NCBI GenBank assembly: GCA_963716255.1
Contig: OY970303.1
Span: 1,216,001 to 1,280,000, forward strand
From: an uncultured Gemmatimonadales bacterium
GTDB taxonomy: Bacteria > Gemmatimonadota > Gemmatimonadetes > Longimicrobiales > Longimicrobiaceae
Length of the DNA: 64,000 nt
Reading direction: 5' to 3'
Shown: one piece after another, positions 21,501 to 31,687 of the stretch
How the letters are laid out: the number at the start of each line of letters is the position of its first letter
Position numbering within the stretch: the first letter of the stretch is position 1
Notes under the pieces: model-generated
Databases searched by the model: none
What the model was told of the DNA's origin: nothing
Seen by the model: only the letters and a program-made list of their open reading frames with translations
Position numbers and translations under genes: made by a program

Positions 21501-24500
21501 CGCGGCCGGGACCACCGCGACCTTCGGCACCGGAGGCTCGCTCACCGTCAACGCGGACGGCAGCTTCACCTTCACGCCGGCCTCCGGGTTCAGCGGCAAC
21601 TTCACCTTCAGCTACCGGCTCACCAACGCGGTCGGCTTCTCGGACGCGATCGTGACCATCGAGGTGCGGTCGGCGCCGGCGGCGGTGGCGGACGGCCCGG
21701 CGGCGGGCAGCGCTCCCGCAAGCGCGTTCCACACGCCGTTCAACACCACGCTCGTCACGGCCACGCCGCCGAACGCGGCGACGCCCAGCCTGCTCGCCAA
21801 CGACAACCTGGGCTTCCCCGCGGCGACGATCACCTCCTTCGGCGGGGGATCGCTGGGCGGCGCGGTGACCGACCGTGCGGCGGGCACCACCGCCACCTTC
21901 GGCACGGGCGGCTCGCTCACCGTCAACGCGAACGGCACCCTGAGCTTCACGCCGTCCACGGGCTTCACCGGCCTGTTCACCTTCAGCTACCGGCTGCACA
22001 ACCCGGCCGGCGACTCGGACGCGCTGGTCACCATCGCGGTGGGGGCGCGGCCGGCGGCGGTGAACGACACCTATGGGCCGACTCTGATCGGCAACGTGCC
22101 CATCAACACGGCCCGCGCGGGCGGCACCGGCTTCGGTGCCCTCGGCAACGACCAGGGTGACGCGCTGATCGCAACCCTAGTGTCCGCGACCAACGGCGTC
22201 GCGACGGTCAACCCCAACGGCACGTTCACCTTCGCTCCCACCCCGGGCTTCGAGGGGGCGGCCAGCATCACCTACAAGGTGAGCAATGGGTTCGGTGACG
22301 GCCCGGGCAACGCGACGGTGGCGCTGACGGTCGGCGAGCCGATCTGGTTCGTCAATGCCTCCGCCACGAACGGGAACGGCACCCTTCCCAGCCCGTTCAA
22401 CTGTCTGACCGGCGCCGGCTGCCTCAGCGCGGCCGCGCACGACGTGAACGACCGGATCTTCCTCTACAGCGGCGGCTACACGGGTGGCTTCACCCTGCAG
22501 AACGGTGAGCGCCTGATCGGCCAGGGGGCGACTGCGACGCTCAGCTCGGTGGCCGGGCTGACCTGGCCTGCGGATGCCGAGACCGAGCCCGGCACGAACG
22601 GGGCGGCGCCGACGATCACGAGCTCCGGCATCGCGGCCGTGACCCTCACGAACGCCGGGGCAGCCGGCTCCAACCTGCTGCGCGGCTTCAGCTTCGGGAA
22701 CGTTGGAGCGACGGGCACAGCGCTCGCCGGGACCAGCTTCGGGACGGTGACCGTGTCCGAGGTGGGGATCAACACCAACGGGCAGGCGCTGAGCCTGACC
22801 ACGGGCACGCTGAACGGCGGCTTCGCGCAGCTGCGCTCCACCGGCGGGACCAACAACGTCCTCCTGTCGGGCGTGGCGACGACCGGGACCTCCACGCTGG
22901 GCGCCGACGGCGACGCGCTGTCGGGCGCCACGGGCGACGCCTTCGTCGTAGCGGGCGGGACCGGCTCGTTCACCTACCCGGGCAGCATCACGCAGGCCAG
23001 CAACGCCGCGCTGCTGAACGTGAGCGGCGGCCACACGGGGACGCTCACCTTCCAGACCGGAACGCTGAGCGCCACCAACGGCACCGGCCTGCAGTTCAAC
23101 AACGCGGACGGCTCCTACGTCTTCACCGGCACCCCGACGCTGAACGGGGGCAATGCCGGGATCGACGTGACCAACGGGTCGTCGGGGACCTTCACCTTCC
23201 CGACCGCCGCGAGCATCACCAACCCCACCGCGGAAACGGTGGTGATCAGCGGCAGCGCGCCCACCTTCACCTACGCGGGCTCGCTGACCAAGACCAACGC
23301 CGGCACCGGGATCACGCTGAGCTCCAACACCGGCGGCACCCTTGCCTTCAACGGCGCCACCAAGGTGTTCAGCACGGGGTCGGCCAACGCGGTCAACATG
23401 CTGAGCAACGCCGCCGGCGTGACGGTCAGCTTCGCCGACTCGCTCCGGATCACCACCACCACCGGGGTGGGCTTCAACGCCACCGGCGGCGGGACGGTGA
23501 CCGTGGCGGGGACGCACAACTCGATCACCGCGGCCGGCGGGGTGGCGCTCAACGTGGCGAGCACCACCATCGGTGCCGGCGGGCTGAACTTCCGCAGCAT
23601 CTCGGCGACCGGCGGGAGCAGCGGGATCGTGCTGAACAGCACCGGCTCGGCGGGGCGCCTCCAGGTCACCGGGTCGGGCACCGCCAGCTCGGGCGGGACG
23701 ATCCAGAGCACCACGGGGCACGGGATCTCGCTGACCAGCACCACCAACCCCGCCTTCGACCGCATGAACCTCCAGAGCAACGGCGGGAGCGGCGTCTTCG
23801 GGACGGGCGTGGTGGGCTTCACTCTGACCAACAGCACCATCGCCACCTCCGGCACCGGCGGCGGGGCCAACGCCAGCAACATCGACTTCTTCGCCGACGT
23901 CGCGGCGGGGACCGAGAACAACCTGTCCGGCGTGGTGACCATCACCGGCAACACGCTGTCCGCGCCCGCCTTCCACAGCGTGGACATCCAGAACTGGAGC
24001 GGGACGATCAGCGACCTGACGCTCTCGAACAACACGATCACCAACAACTCCACCCTGGGCGGCGGGATCCGGGTGATCGCCATCGGGGGGGCCGGCAACG
24101 TGGCGAAGATCACCAGGGCCACCATCGCCGGCAACCAGATCACGGGCACCATGCAGTCGCCCGGGCTCCAGGTACAGTGCGGCAACGCCAGCGCGAGCGG
24201 TCCGCTGGGCGAGTGCGGCACCGAAGGGAGCGCCACCAACGTGGTGGCCATCACCAACAACCAGGTCCGGGGCACCAGCGCCGCCGCTCGCATCGGCACC
24301 GAAGGGCTGCTGGCGCTGCTGAACGGGCGGGGCCAGGCCAACTTCAACGTCTCCACCAACGACGTGCGGCACACCACCGGGCGGGCGATGGCGGTGACGG
24401 TGTTCGGCCAGGGACGGATGACCTCGACGGTGAGCAACAACACCATCGTGGCCAACAACACCTTCGCGGCGGCCGCACTGGAGATCGGGGCGGACAGCAC

Positions 24501-24936
24501 GGCCAACATGGCGAGCTTCGCCAGCTACCGGGCGACGGTGACCGGGAACAACATCAGCCAGTCCGACGGGGTGGGGATCTACGCCATCGCGCGCGGCTCC
24601 AGCGACTCGCTGCGCGTGAAGCTGCAGAACAACATCATCGCGGCGCCGCTCACCGGCGTGCGTCCCGGGCTGCGCGTGGATTCCGGGAGCACGAACAGCA
24701 ACACCTGGGTGTGCGCCAACATCTCGGGCAACACCAGCGCGGGGAGCGGCGGACACCCGGGGATCGGACTGCGCAAGCAGGGCACGGTTCCCACGGACGA
24801 CGCATTCGCGGTGCACGGGATGGCCGCGACCAGCTCGCCGGGCGTGGAGTCGTACGTGTCCGGCCTGAATCCGGCGGGAGGCGGCGTGCTGCTGATCTCG
24901 GCGACCAGCGGCTTCACCAACTGCTCCTTCCCCTGA
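18533..24936 (+). CDS. Giant adhesin (signal peptide, N-domain, DxNGDG module, Big_2, about seven Big_9-like repeats, beta-helix); frameshift in the C5 tract at 18635-18639
   Basis: The signal-peptide ORF at 18533 (MRRSIYLTFSLLAATIGLSLGASQLAAQKALVVCP) and the 2101-aa ORF join in frame if one C is added, giving ALVVCPPSDAAGCERVAQTL. The C-terminal half is paralogous to 13020-16907. Confidence 0.8.
19990..22050 (+). repeat. Intragenic tandem repeats, six units of ~336-342 nt (about 112 aa; the last unit is longer)
   Basis: Units start at about 19990, 20332, 20668, 21004, 21340 and 21674, with near-identical SFGGGSLGGAVTD[HR]AAG.TATFGTGGSLTVNA cores. Confidence 0.9.
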
Positions 24937-25069
24937 TCGCCTGACCCACCCACCCGGAGGCGGGCCAGCCGCCTCCGTCTCAGGGCGCCCTCCCATCCCG
25001 GGAGGGCGTCCGTGCAGGATGCAGGACCTCGCGCCGTTCCCCTTCCCACCTCCCGACCAGGAGACGCCG

Positions 25070-25576
25070 ATGGCCGAACCATTCCTATCCGAGATCCGGA
25101 TCATGAGCTTCGTCTTTGCGCCCAAAGGCTGGGCGCTCTGCAACGGACAGCTCCTCCCGATCAACCAGAACCAGGCTCTCTTCGCCCTCCTGGGAACCAC
25201 CTTCGGCGGCAACGGCCAGACCAACTTCGCCCTCCCCGACCTGCGCGGCCGCACCCCCATCCACGTGGGGAGCGGACATACGCTGGGCGAGCGCGCCGGC
25301 GAGCAGGCCCACACGGTGTCGATCTCGGAGCTGCCCACGCACACGCACGTGGCCAACGCCACCACGGCCACCGCGACCACCAACACACCCACCAACGCCC
25401 TGATGCTGGCCGCCAGCAGCGGCTCCTCGCTCTACGCCGCCGCCAGCAACCTGGGCGTCATGGACCCGCGATCCATCAGCAGCGTCGGCGGCAGCCAGGC
25501 GCACCTGAACATGCAGCCCTTCCTGACGCTGAGCTTCTGCATCGCTCTCCAGGGCATCTTTCCCTCCCCCAACTGA
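25070..25576 (+). CDS. Phage tail-collar domain protein (MdpB-like) 1
   Basis: MAEPFLSEIRIMSFVFAPKGWALCNGQLLPINQNQALFALLGTTFGGNGQTNFALPDLRGR...FCIALQGIFP. Confidence 0.9.
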   Translation: MAEPFLSEIRIMSFVFAPKGWALCNGQLLPINQNQALFALLGTTFGGNGQTNFALPDLRGRTPIHVGSGHTLGERAGEQAHTVSISELPTHTHVANATTATATTNTPTNALMLAASSGSSLYAAASNLGVMDPRSISSVGGSQAHLNMQPFLTLSFCIALQGIFPSPN

Positions 25577-25588
25577 GGCCACACCCAC

Positions 25589-26098
25589 ATGGCGCAACCC
25601 TACGTGGGCGAGATCCGCATGTTCGCCGGAAACTTCGCCCCAGCCGGTTGGATGTTCTGCGAGGGCCAGCTCCTGCCCATCTCCGAGAACGAGACGCTCT
25701 TCCAGCTCATCGGCACCACCTACGGCGGCGACGGCGAGAGCACCTTCGCCCTTCCCGACCTGCGCGGCCGCCTGCCGCTGCACCAGGGCAACGGCTTCAT
25801 CCTGGCCGAGACCGGCGGGGCCAAGGAGATCACGCTGACCGTGCAGCAGATCCCTTCCCACACGCACACCATGCTGGGCTCGGGGGCCTTGGCCAGCGGG
25901 GCCGGGCCGAACAACTCGCTGCTGGCCAGCAGCACCGGGGCCACGGTCTTCCCCTACGGCACGGACGCGCCGCTGACGACCCTCCAAGCCTCCTCCGTCA
26001 GCCCGGTGGGCGGCAGCCAGCCGCACACCAACTTCCAGCCGTACCTGTGCGTGGACTTCATCATCTCGCTGTTCGGCATCTTCCCCTCCCCCACCTGA
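25589..26098 (+). CDS. Phage tail-collar domain protein (MdpB-like) 2
   Basis: PYVGEIRMFAGNFAPAGWMFCEGQLLPISENETLFQLIGTTYGGDG. Confidence 0.9.
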   Translation: MAQPYVGEIRMFAGNFAPAGWMFCEGQLLPISENETLFQLIGTTYGGDGESTFALPDLRGRLPLHQGNGFILAETGGAKEITLTVQQIPSHTHTMLGSGALASGAGPNNSLLASSTGATVFPYGTDAPLTTLQASSVSPVGGSQPHTNFQPYLCVDFIISLFGIFPSPT

Positions 26099-26110
26099 CG
26101 GAGACAGACC

Positions 26111-26629
26111 ATGGCCGATCCGTTCGTTGCCGAGATCCGCATCTTCCCGTTCAACTTCGCGCCCAAGGGGTGGGCGTGGTGCAACGGGCAGCTGCTGCCG
26201 ATCTCGCAGAACACCGCGCTGTTCTCGCTCCTGGGAACCACCTACGGGGGAGACGGCAAGAGCACCTTCGCGCTGCCGGACCTGGAGGGCCGGGCGCCGA
26301 TGCACCCGGGACAGGGGCCGGGGCTGTCGCTGCACGACCTGGGGGAGACGGGGGGGAGCGAGACGGTGACGCTGCTGGAAAGCGAGATCCCGGCGCACGT
26401 GCACGCGATGGGGGTGTCGCAGGCCGACGGGCTGGAGCGCTTTCCCACGGGGCAGCTGCTGTCCACGGGGGTGGGGATCGGCGCCTACGCGGCTCCGGGG
26501 CCCGTCACCAACCTGGCGCCCGAAGCGCTGCCGCCGGCGGGAGGCGACCAGCCGCACAACAACATGATGCCGTACCTCACCTTCTACTTCAACATCGCGC
26601 TCCAGGGCGTCTTCCCCCCGCGCGGCTAG
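26111..26629 (+). CDS. Phage tail-collar domain protein (MdpB-like) 3
   Basis: DPFVAEIRIFPFNFAPKGWAWCNGQLLPISQNTALFSLLGTTYGGDG. Confidence 0.9.
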   Translation: MADPFVAEIRIFPFNFAPKGWAWCNGQLLPISQNTALFSLLGTTYGGDGKSTFALPDLEGRAPMHPGQGPGLSLHDLGETGGSETVTLLESEIPAHVHAMGVSQADGLERFPTGQLLSTGVGIGAYAAPGPVTNLAPEALPPAGGDQPHNNMMPYLTFYFNIALQGVFPPRG

Positions 26630-26753
26630 CGGCGCCTGAACACACCACCGGGTACGTGAGCAGGATCCGAAAACAGATCTTTTAGAGTCTGGAAGTGCAC
26701 GCTTCTATGGAGGCACTGCCTTCCTCGGCAATCCTGCGAACGATGTCCATTGC

Positions 26754-26789
26754 GCGAGGGGCCCTCCGGCAGCTGCGGAGGGCCCCTCG
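26754..26789. terminator. Hairpin between the convergent tail-collar and HIRAN genes
   Basis: GCGAGGGG(G)CCCTCCG-GCAGCTG-CGGAGGGCCCCTCGC. Confidence 0.45.
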
Positions 26790-26999
26790 CCGACGTCCGG
26801 GAGCTGCCGCGGAAGGGCTCAACGAGCGCGCGACCTCGACCGTGCGCCCGCCACGGGCCCGAGCACAAGCACCGTCCCCCCTCTACTCCGGTTCCCGGCC
26901 CCGCCCTCCCTCGGTTCCGGTTGTGGCGGGAACCTTTCGCCCTCCGGCCGCAGGCACTAGGATTGGGGGAACTCCGGAACACCGCGCCCCCGCGGCGGC

Positions 27000-27332
27000 T
27001 CAGGCCCCGCGGCAGTGCACCTCGATCAGCAGCCGCCGCCAGCTCGGCACCTCCGTCCCCTCCACCCGCACCGCGACCGCCGTGGCCGCGCCGCCCCTGA
27101 GGAGCCAGGGTGCGAGCCAGGCGTTGATCTCGGGCGGGAGGTGGCCGATGGGATCGCCGCCCACGAGGTGGACCCACACCGCGGGGTCGTCCTCGCCCGG
27201 CGGGTCCGGGATGAGGACGAGCGGATCGCCGGGCCCCACGGTCTCCAGGCGCGCGGCCCGCTCGCCGAAGATCGTCCCGTGGACGGTGGAGCGGAACTCG
27301 GAAGGGCGGTCGGCGGGGAGGGGCGGGATCAT
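27000..27332 (-). CDS. HIRAN domain protein
   Basis: VHGTIF...GDPLVLIPDP...DPAVWV...IGHLP pattern. Confidence 0.75.
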   Translation of the reverse strand: MIPPLPADRPSEFRSTVHGTIFGERAARLETVGPGDPLVLIPDPPGEDDPAVWVHLVGGDPIGHLPPEINAWLAPWLLRGGAATAVAVRVEGTEVPSWRRLLIEVHCRGA

Positions 27333-27486
27333 CGCTGCTCTCGGAAACGGATCGTGCATGGACCTGGCCCAATGTAACGAGGACAGGTGCGGCCCTCAAG
27401 AAACGCGGCTTCCCCCCTGCCGGGGAAACCAAACCCACACTTGCGTTTAGTAACACCCCCCGGACACACACGGAGGCGCAACCCCG

Positions 27487-28635
27487 ATGGATCCCATCTA
27501 CCTGGACTACTCGGCCACCTCGCCGCTGCGGCGCGAGGTGCTCGAGGCGATGCTGCCCTTCATGGGGGAGCGCTTCGGCAACCCTTCCAGCCTGCACCGC
27601 TGGGGCCGCGAGGCCCGCGCCGCGCTGGAAGATGCTCGCGCGCGCCTGGCGGAGGTGCTGGGCGCGGGGCCGCTGGAAGTCCTGTTCACGCGGGGCGGCA
27701 CGGAAGCGGACAACATGGCCGTCCTCGGGCGGGCGCACTTCGCGCCGGGGGCGCCGGTGGTGTGCTCCTCCATCGAGCACAAGGCGGTGCTCGCCACCGC
27801 GAAGGCGACCGCGCGGCTCACCGGCTCCGCGTTCCACGTGGTGGGGGTGGACTCCGCCGGGGTCGTCCGCGAGGAGGAGATCTACGCGCTCCTCGGGGCG
27901 AAGCCGGCGGTGGTCTCGGTGATGTGGGCCAACAACGAGGTGGGCGCCGTGCAGCCCGTCGCGCGCATCGCGGAGCGGTGCAGGGACGCGGGGGTCGTCT
28001 TCCACACGGACGCGGTGCAGGCCTTCGGAAAGCTGGAGGTGCGGGTGGACCGCGTCCCCGCCGCCATGCTGTCGCTGAGCGCGCACAAGGTGGGCGGCCC
28101 CAAGGGGGTGGGACTGCTCTACGCGCGCAGGGGGACCCGCTTCCACCCGCTGGTGTACGGCGGGAGCCAGGAGCGCGGTCTGCGCCCGGGGACGGAGGAC
28201 GTGGCCGGGGCGGTGGGCTTCGCCATGGCGGCCGAGATCGCGGTGCGCGAGCGCGAGGCGGAGATGGCGCGCCTGGCCGTCCTGCGCGACCGGCTGGAGG
28301 CCGGGCTCCGCGCCGCCATCCCCGACCTGTGCGTGAACGCCGCCGGGACCGAGCGCCTCCCCACCGTGCTCAACGTCTGCATCCCCGGGGTGGACAGCGG
28401 CGCGCTGGTCCCCGCTCTGGACCTGGAGGGGATCGCCGCGTCCGGCGGCTCGGCGTGCACCAGCGGCGCCGCGGAGCCCTCGCACGTGCTCACCGCCATG
28501 GGGCTGGACGCGGCCGCCGCCTCCCCGTCGGTGCGCTTCTCGCTGGGCAAGGAGACCACGGACGCGCAGATCGACCGCGTGCTGGCCGTGGTCCCGGCGG
28601 TGGTGGAGCGGCTGCGCTCGTTCGCGCCGGTCTGA
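27487..28635 (+). CDS. Cysteine desulfurase (IscS/NifS family)
   Basis: IYLDYSATSP, GNPSSLH, HTDAVQA, SAHKVGGPKG, SGGSACTS; coupled to mnmA. Confidence 0.93.
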   Translation: MDPIYLDYSATSPLRREVLEAMLPFMGERFGNPSSLHRWGREARAALEDARARLAEVLGAGPLEVLFTRGGTEADNMAVLGRAHFAPGAPVVCSSIEHKAVLATAKATARLTGSAFHVVGVDSAGVVREEEIYALLGAKPAVVSVMWANNEVGAVQPVARIAERCRDAGVVFHTDAVQAFGKLEVRVDRVPAAMLSLSAHKVGGPKGVGLLYARRGTRFHPLVYGGSQERGLRPGTEDVAGAVGFAMAAEIAVREREAEMARLAVLRDRLEAGLRAAIPDLCVNAAGTERLPTVLNVCIPGVDSGALVPALDLEGIAASGGSACTSGAAEPSHVLTAMGLDAAAASPSVRFSLGKETTDAQIDRVLAVVPAVVERLRSFAPV

Positions 28636-28660
28636 AGGAAACCGAAGTGCGAGAGTGGAT

Positions 28661-29740
28661 ATGAAGCGCAGGGTGCTGGTCGCGATGTCGGGAGGGGTCG
28701 ATTCGTCGGTGGCCGCAGCACTCCTGGTGGAGCAGGGCCACGAGGTCGTCGGCGTCACCATGAAGACCTTCTGCTACTCGGACGACGTCGAGGGCACGGG
28801 GAAGACGTGCTGCGGCCTGGAAGGGATCATGGACGCCCGCCGCGTCGCGGACCGGCTGGGGATCGCGCACTACGTGTTCGACGTGGAGCGCGAGTTCACG
28901 CGCGACGTGATCGACGACTTCGTCTCGGAGTACGCGGCCGGGCGCACCCCCAACCCGTGCGTGCGCTGCAACGGCAACACCAAGTTCCGCGACCTTCTGC
29001 GCCGCGGCGAGATGCTGGGGTGCGACGCCATCGCCACCGGACACTACGCCCGCATGGGCGTGGACGCGGCGGGGAGCCCGGCGCTGCTGCGCGCGCGGGA
29101 CGGCAACAAGGACCAGTCGTACTTCCTGTGGGCGCTCCCCCCGGAGCTGCTCCCCAGGCTGATCTTTCCGCTGGGCGAGCTGACCAAGCCGGAGGTGCGG
29201 GCCAGGGCGCGCGAGCTGGGCCTGGTGACGGCGGACAAGCCGGAGAGCATGGAGATCTGCTTCGTCCCCACCGGCGACTACGTGGACGTGCTGGAAAAGC
29301 GCCTGGGCGACGGCCACCCCGCGCTGGCACCCGGGAAAATGGTGACGCCGGCCGGCGAGACCGTGGGCGAGCACGCCGGCTACGCGCGCTACACCGTGGG
29401 CCAGCGCAAGGGGCTGGGCGGCGGACGCGGCCTGCCCCTGTACGTCCTGGGCACGCGGCCGGAGCGGCGCGAGGTGGTGGTGGGGACGCTGGAGGAGCTG
29501 CACCGCGCGGAGGTGCGCATCGGTGAGCTGAACTGGCTGGCGGAGCCCCCCACGCCCGGCGACGGGCTCCGCGTGCAGATCCGCCACCGCGCGCAGGCCG
29601 TCGAGGCGCGTGTCACCGCCTGTGCTCATGGCGAGATCTCGCTGCGCTTCGACCAGGCGCAGCGCGCCGTGACGCCCGGACAGTCCGCCGTGATGTTCCG
29701 CGACGACGTGGTGCTGGGGGGCGGCAGGATCGCGGCGTAA
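28661..29740 (+). CDS. mnmA: tRNA-specific 2-thiouridylase MnmA
   Basis: AMSGGVDSS, TPNPCVRCN, ATGHYA, KDQSYFL, ESMEICF, TPGQ. Start may be GTG 28655. Confidence 0.96.
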   Translation: MKRRVLVAMSGGVDSSVAAALLVEQGHEVVGVTMKTFCYSDDVEGTGKTCCGLEGIMDARRVADRLGIAHYVFDVEREFTRDVIDDFVSEYAAGRTPNPCVRCNGNTKFRDLLRRGEMLGCDAIATGHYARMGVDAAGSPALLRARDGNKDQSYFLWALPPELLPRLIFPLGELTKPEVRARARELGLVTADKPESMEICFVPTGDYVDVLEKRLGDGHPALAPGKMVTPAGETVGEHAGYARYTVGQRKGLGGGRGLPLYVLGTRPERREVVVGTLEELHRAEVRIGELNWLAEPPTPGDGLRVQIRHRAQAVEARVTACAHGEISLRFDQAQRAVTPGQSAVMFRDDVVLGGGRIAA

Positions 29741-29774
29741 TCGCGGGGTCGAAACGGCTTTTGACGGCGGGTTT

Positions 29775-29907
29775 GGGCGTGCCCCCGGCTGGCGCCGGGG
29801 TCGGGCTTCGGCTCCGTAAGCGAGCAAACTACGCTCGCTAACGGAGTCGAGACCCGGCGGAAACAGCCCCGCCGGGTCTCGCCCCTTCGGGCCGAAATCC
29901 CTCACGC
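29775..29907 (+). repeat. Structured repeat family A, copy 1
   Basis: GGGCGTGCCCCCGGCTGGCGCCGGGGTCGGGCTTCGGCTCCGT...GGGCCGAAATCCCTCACGC; six copies in the window. Confidence 0.92.
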
Positions 29908-29965
29908 GGGGTTCGCGCTGGCGTCCGCGGGGCCCCCTCCCCCAAGCGAGCCGGGTGAGGACTCT

Positions 29966-30009
29966 ACGACGACGCCCCCGCCGGGAGATTCCGGCGGGGG
30001 CGTCGTCGT
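29966..30009. terminator. 19-bp perfect hairpin between convergent mnmA and the dnaJ operon
   Basis: ACGACGACGCCCCCGCCGG-GAGATT-CCGGCGGGGGCGTCGTCGT. Confidence 0.6.
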
Positions 30010-30026
30010 TCGTCGTTCGTAGTTGC

Positions 30027-30186
30027 CGTTCCGCAGTACCCACATGATCCGTTGCGGAGGGAGACAGCCGGGCAGTTTCGGCTGGCTCCCTCCGGCGCAG
30101 GGAAACCCGCCGGCAGTTTGGCGGGGTTCCCTGCGCCCGCGCAGGAGACGGACGGCCGTATCGTCCGGCTCCGGAGCGGCCCCGCC
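30027..30186 (-). repeat. Structured repeat family B, copy 2
   Basis: Three GA[GA]CC-stem-loop-stem-GT[CT]TC hairpins on the minus strand; aligns with the 2434 and 44131 copies. Confidence 0.85.
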
Positions 30187-30221
30187 TCCACCACCACGAC
30201 CAGCCCCAGCGCGCGGAGAGA

Positions 30222-30455
30222 CTAGTCCAGCTCCTGCGCCTCCTTCAGCATGGACTTGAGACGCTCCTCCGGCACCTCGTGGACCACCTCCTCGGCGTTC
30301 GCCTCGTCCCCCGAGTGGATGACGAAGCGCGCCCGCACCGCCGGGTCCGACAGGCAGTGGAAGATGATCTTCGGGTGCTCGGGGAGGCCGAACCGGCCCC
30401 CGGAGGCGTAGGCTTCCCAGGTCAGCAGGTCGTCGTCGACGAAGACACGGCTCAT
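30222..30455 (-). CDS. Small hypothetical protein
   Basis: 77 aa, protein-like composition (MSRVFVDDDLLTWEAYASGG...); follows dnaJ on the same strand. Confidence 0.7.
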   Translation of the reverse strand: MSRVFVDDDLLTWEAYASGGRFGLPEHPKIIFHCLSDPAVRARFVIHSGDEANAEEVVHEVPEERLKSMLKEAQELD

Positions 30456-30485
30456 CGGCAGTCGGCGTAGAAAGTCGCGGCTCGC

Positions 30486-31625
30486 TCAGTACTTGAGGCC
30501 GGCGGCCTCAGCGAACTCCTCCATCAACTTCTGTTCCCGCTCGCCCAGCTGCTCCGGCACCGCCACGCTGACGCGCACGAGCTGGTCGCCGCGCTCGCCG
30601 CCCTTCTCCACCCCCTGGCCCTTGATGCGGAACTTGGTCCCCGACTGGGTGCCGGCCGGGACGCGGAGCACCACCTTCTTGCCGTCCACGGTGCGCACCC
30701 GGATGCGCGACCCCAGCGTCGCCTGGGCCAGGTTGATGGGGACGGTGCAGTGGATGTCCAGCCCCTCGCGGGAAAAGAACTTGTCGGGCTGCACGCGGAA
30801 GGTGACCAGCAGGTCGCCCGCCGGGCCGCCGGACGCGCCCTTCTCCCCCTGCCCCGGGATACGGATCTTGGATCCGGTGTCCACCCCCGCGGGAACGGTG
30901 ACCTGGATCTGGCGCTGCTGGCGCACCTGGCCCTGACCCGCGCAGGTGGGGCACGGGTCGGTGGGGATCTTTCCCCGGCCGTAGCACGCCGGGCAGGGGC
31001 GGCTCACCGCGAAGCCGCCCTGGCCGAACTGGACCGTGCCGCGCCCCTTGCACTCGGAACAGGTGGTGAGGTCGGTCCCGGGCTTCGCCCCGGAGCCGTG
31101 GCAGGTGGGGCAGTCCTCCACCACGGGCACGGTGATGGTGCGCTTGCCGCCGCGCACCGCCACCTCGAAGGGGACCTCCACCGCGTACTCCACGTTCTCG
31201 CCGCGCTGCGGCCCGCCCGGCCGCGCGGGGCCGCCGCGCTTCCGGCCGCCCAGGTCGAAGATGGAGCCGAACAGGTCGCCCAGCCCGCCCACGTCGCCGA
31301 TGTCCTCGAACGAGAACCCGCCGCCCGCGGCCGTCCCTCCGCCGGGTCCCGGCCGGGGCCCCCCACCGCCGCCGCCGAAGCCGCCCATCCCCCCGAACGC
31401 GCCGAACTTGCGCATCTGGTCGTACTGCTTGCGCTTGTCGTCGTCGGACAGCACGGAGTACGCTTCGGAGATCTCCTTGAAGCGCTCCGCCGCGGAGGCG
31501 TCGTTGGGATTCGCGTCGGGGTGGTATTTCTTGGCCAGCTTGCGGTACGACTTCTTGATCTCGTCCGCGCTGGCGTTCTCCGCAACCCCCAGGATGCGGT
31601 AGAAGTCCTTGCTCTGTGTCGCCAT
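30486..31625 (-). CDS. dnaJ: Chaperone DnaJ
   Basis: J-domain HPD motif, G/F-rich region, four CxxCxGxG repeats. Confidence 0.97.
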   Translation of the reverse strand: MATQSKDFYRILGVAENASADEIKKSYRKLAKKYHPDANPNDASAAERFKEISEAYSVLSDDDKRKQYDQMRKFGAFGGMGGFGGGGGGPRPGPGGGTAAGGGFSFEDIGDVGGLGDLFGSIFDLGGRKRGGPARPGGPQRGENVEYAVEVPFEVAVRGGKRTITVPVVEDCPTCHGSGAKPGTDLTTCSECKGRGTVQFGQGGFAVSRPCPACYGRGKIPTDPCPTCAGQGQVRQQRQIQVTVPAGVDTGSKIRIPGQGEKGASGGPAGDLLVTFRVQPDKFFSREGLDIHCTVPINLAQATLGSRIRVRTVDGKKVVLRVPAGTQSGTKFRIKGQGVEKGGERGDQLVRVSVAVPEQLGEREQKLMEEFAEAAGLKY

Positions 31626-31687
31626 GGTCCGTCCGGTGAGTCAGGGAACGGGGTGGGCGCCCGCCGCCGGGGCGGGCGCCGGCTCCG

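Noticed and set aside
25070..26629. Prophage or tailocin suggested by the tail-collar genes
   Set aside because: No capsid, terminase, sheath, tube, baseplate, integrase or lysis genes nearby. The context is an adhesin locus.
29775..29907. Repeat families A/B as a CRISPR array or tRNA
   Set aside because: Copies are dispersed, with no repeat-spacer periodicity and no cas genes. They lack a T-loop, anticodon arm and CCA end, and are too long for tRNA.
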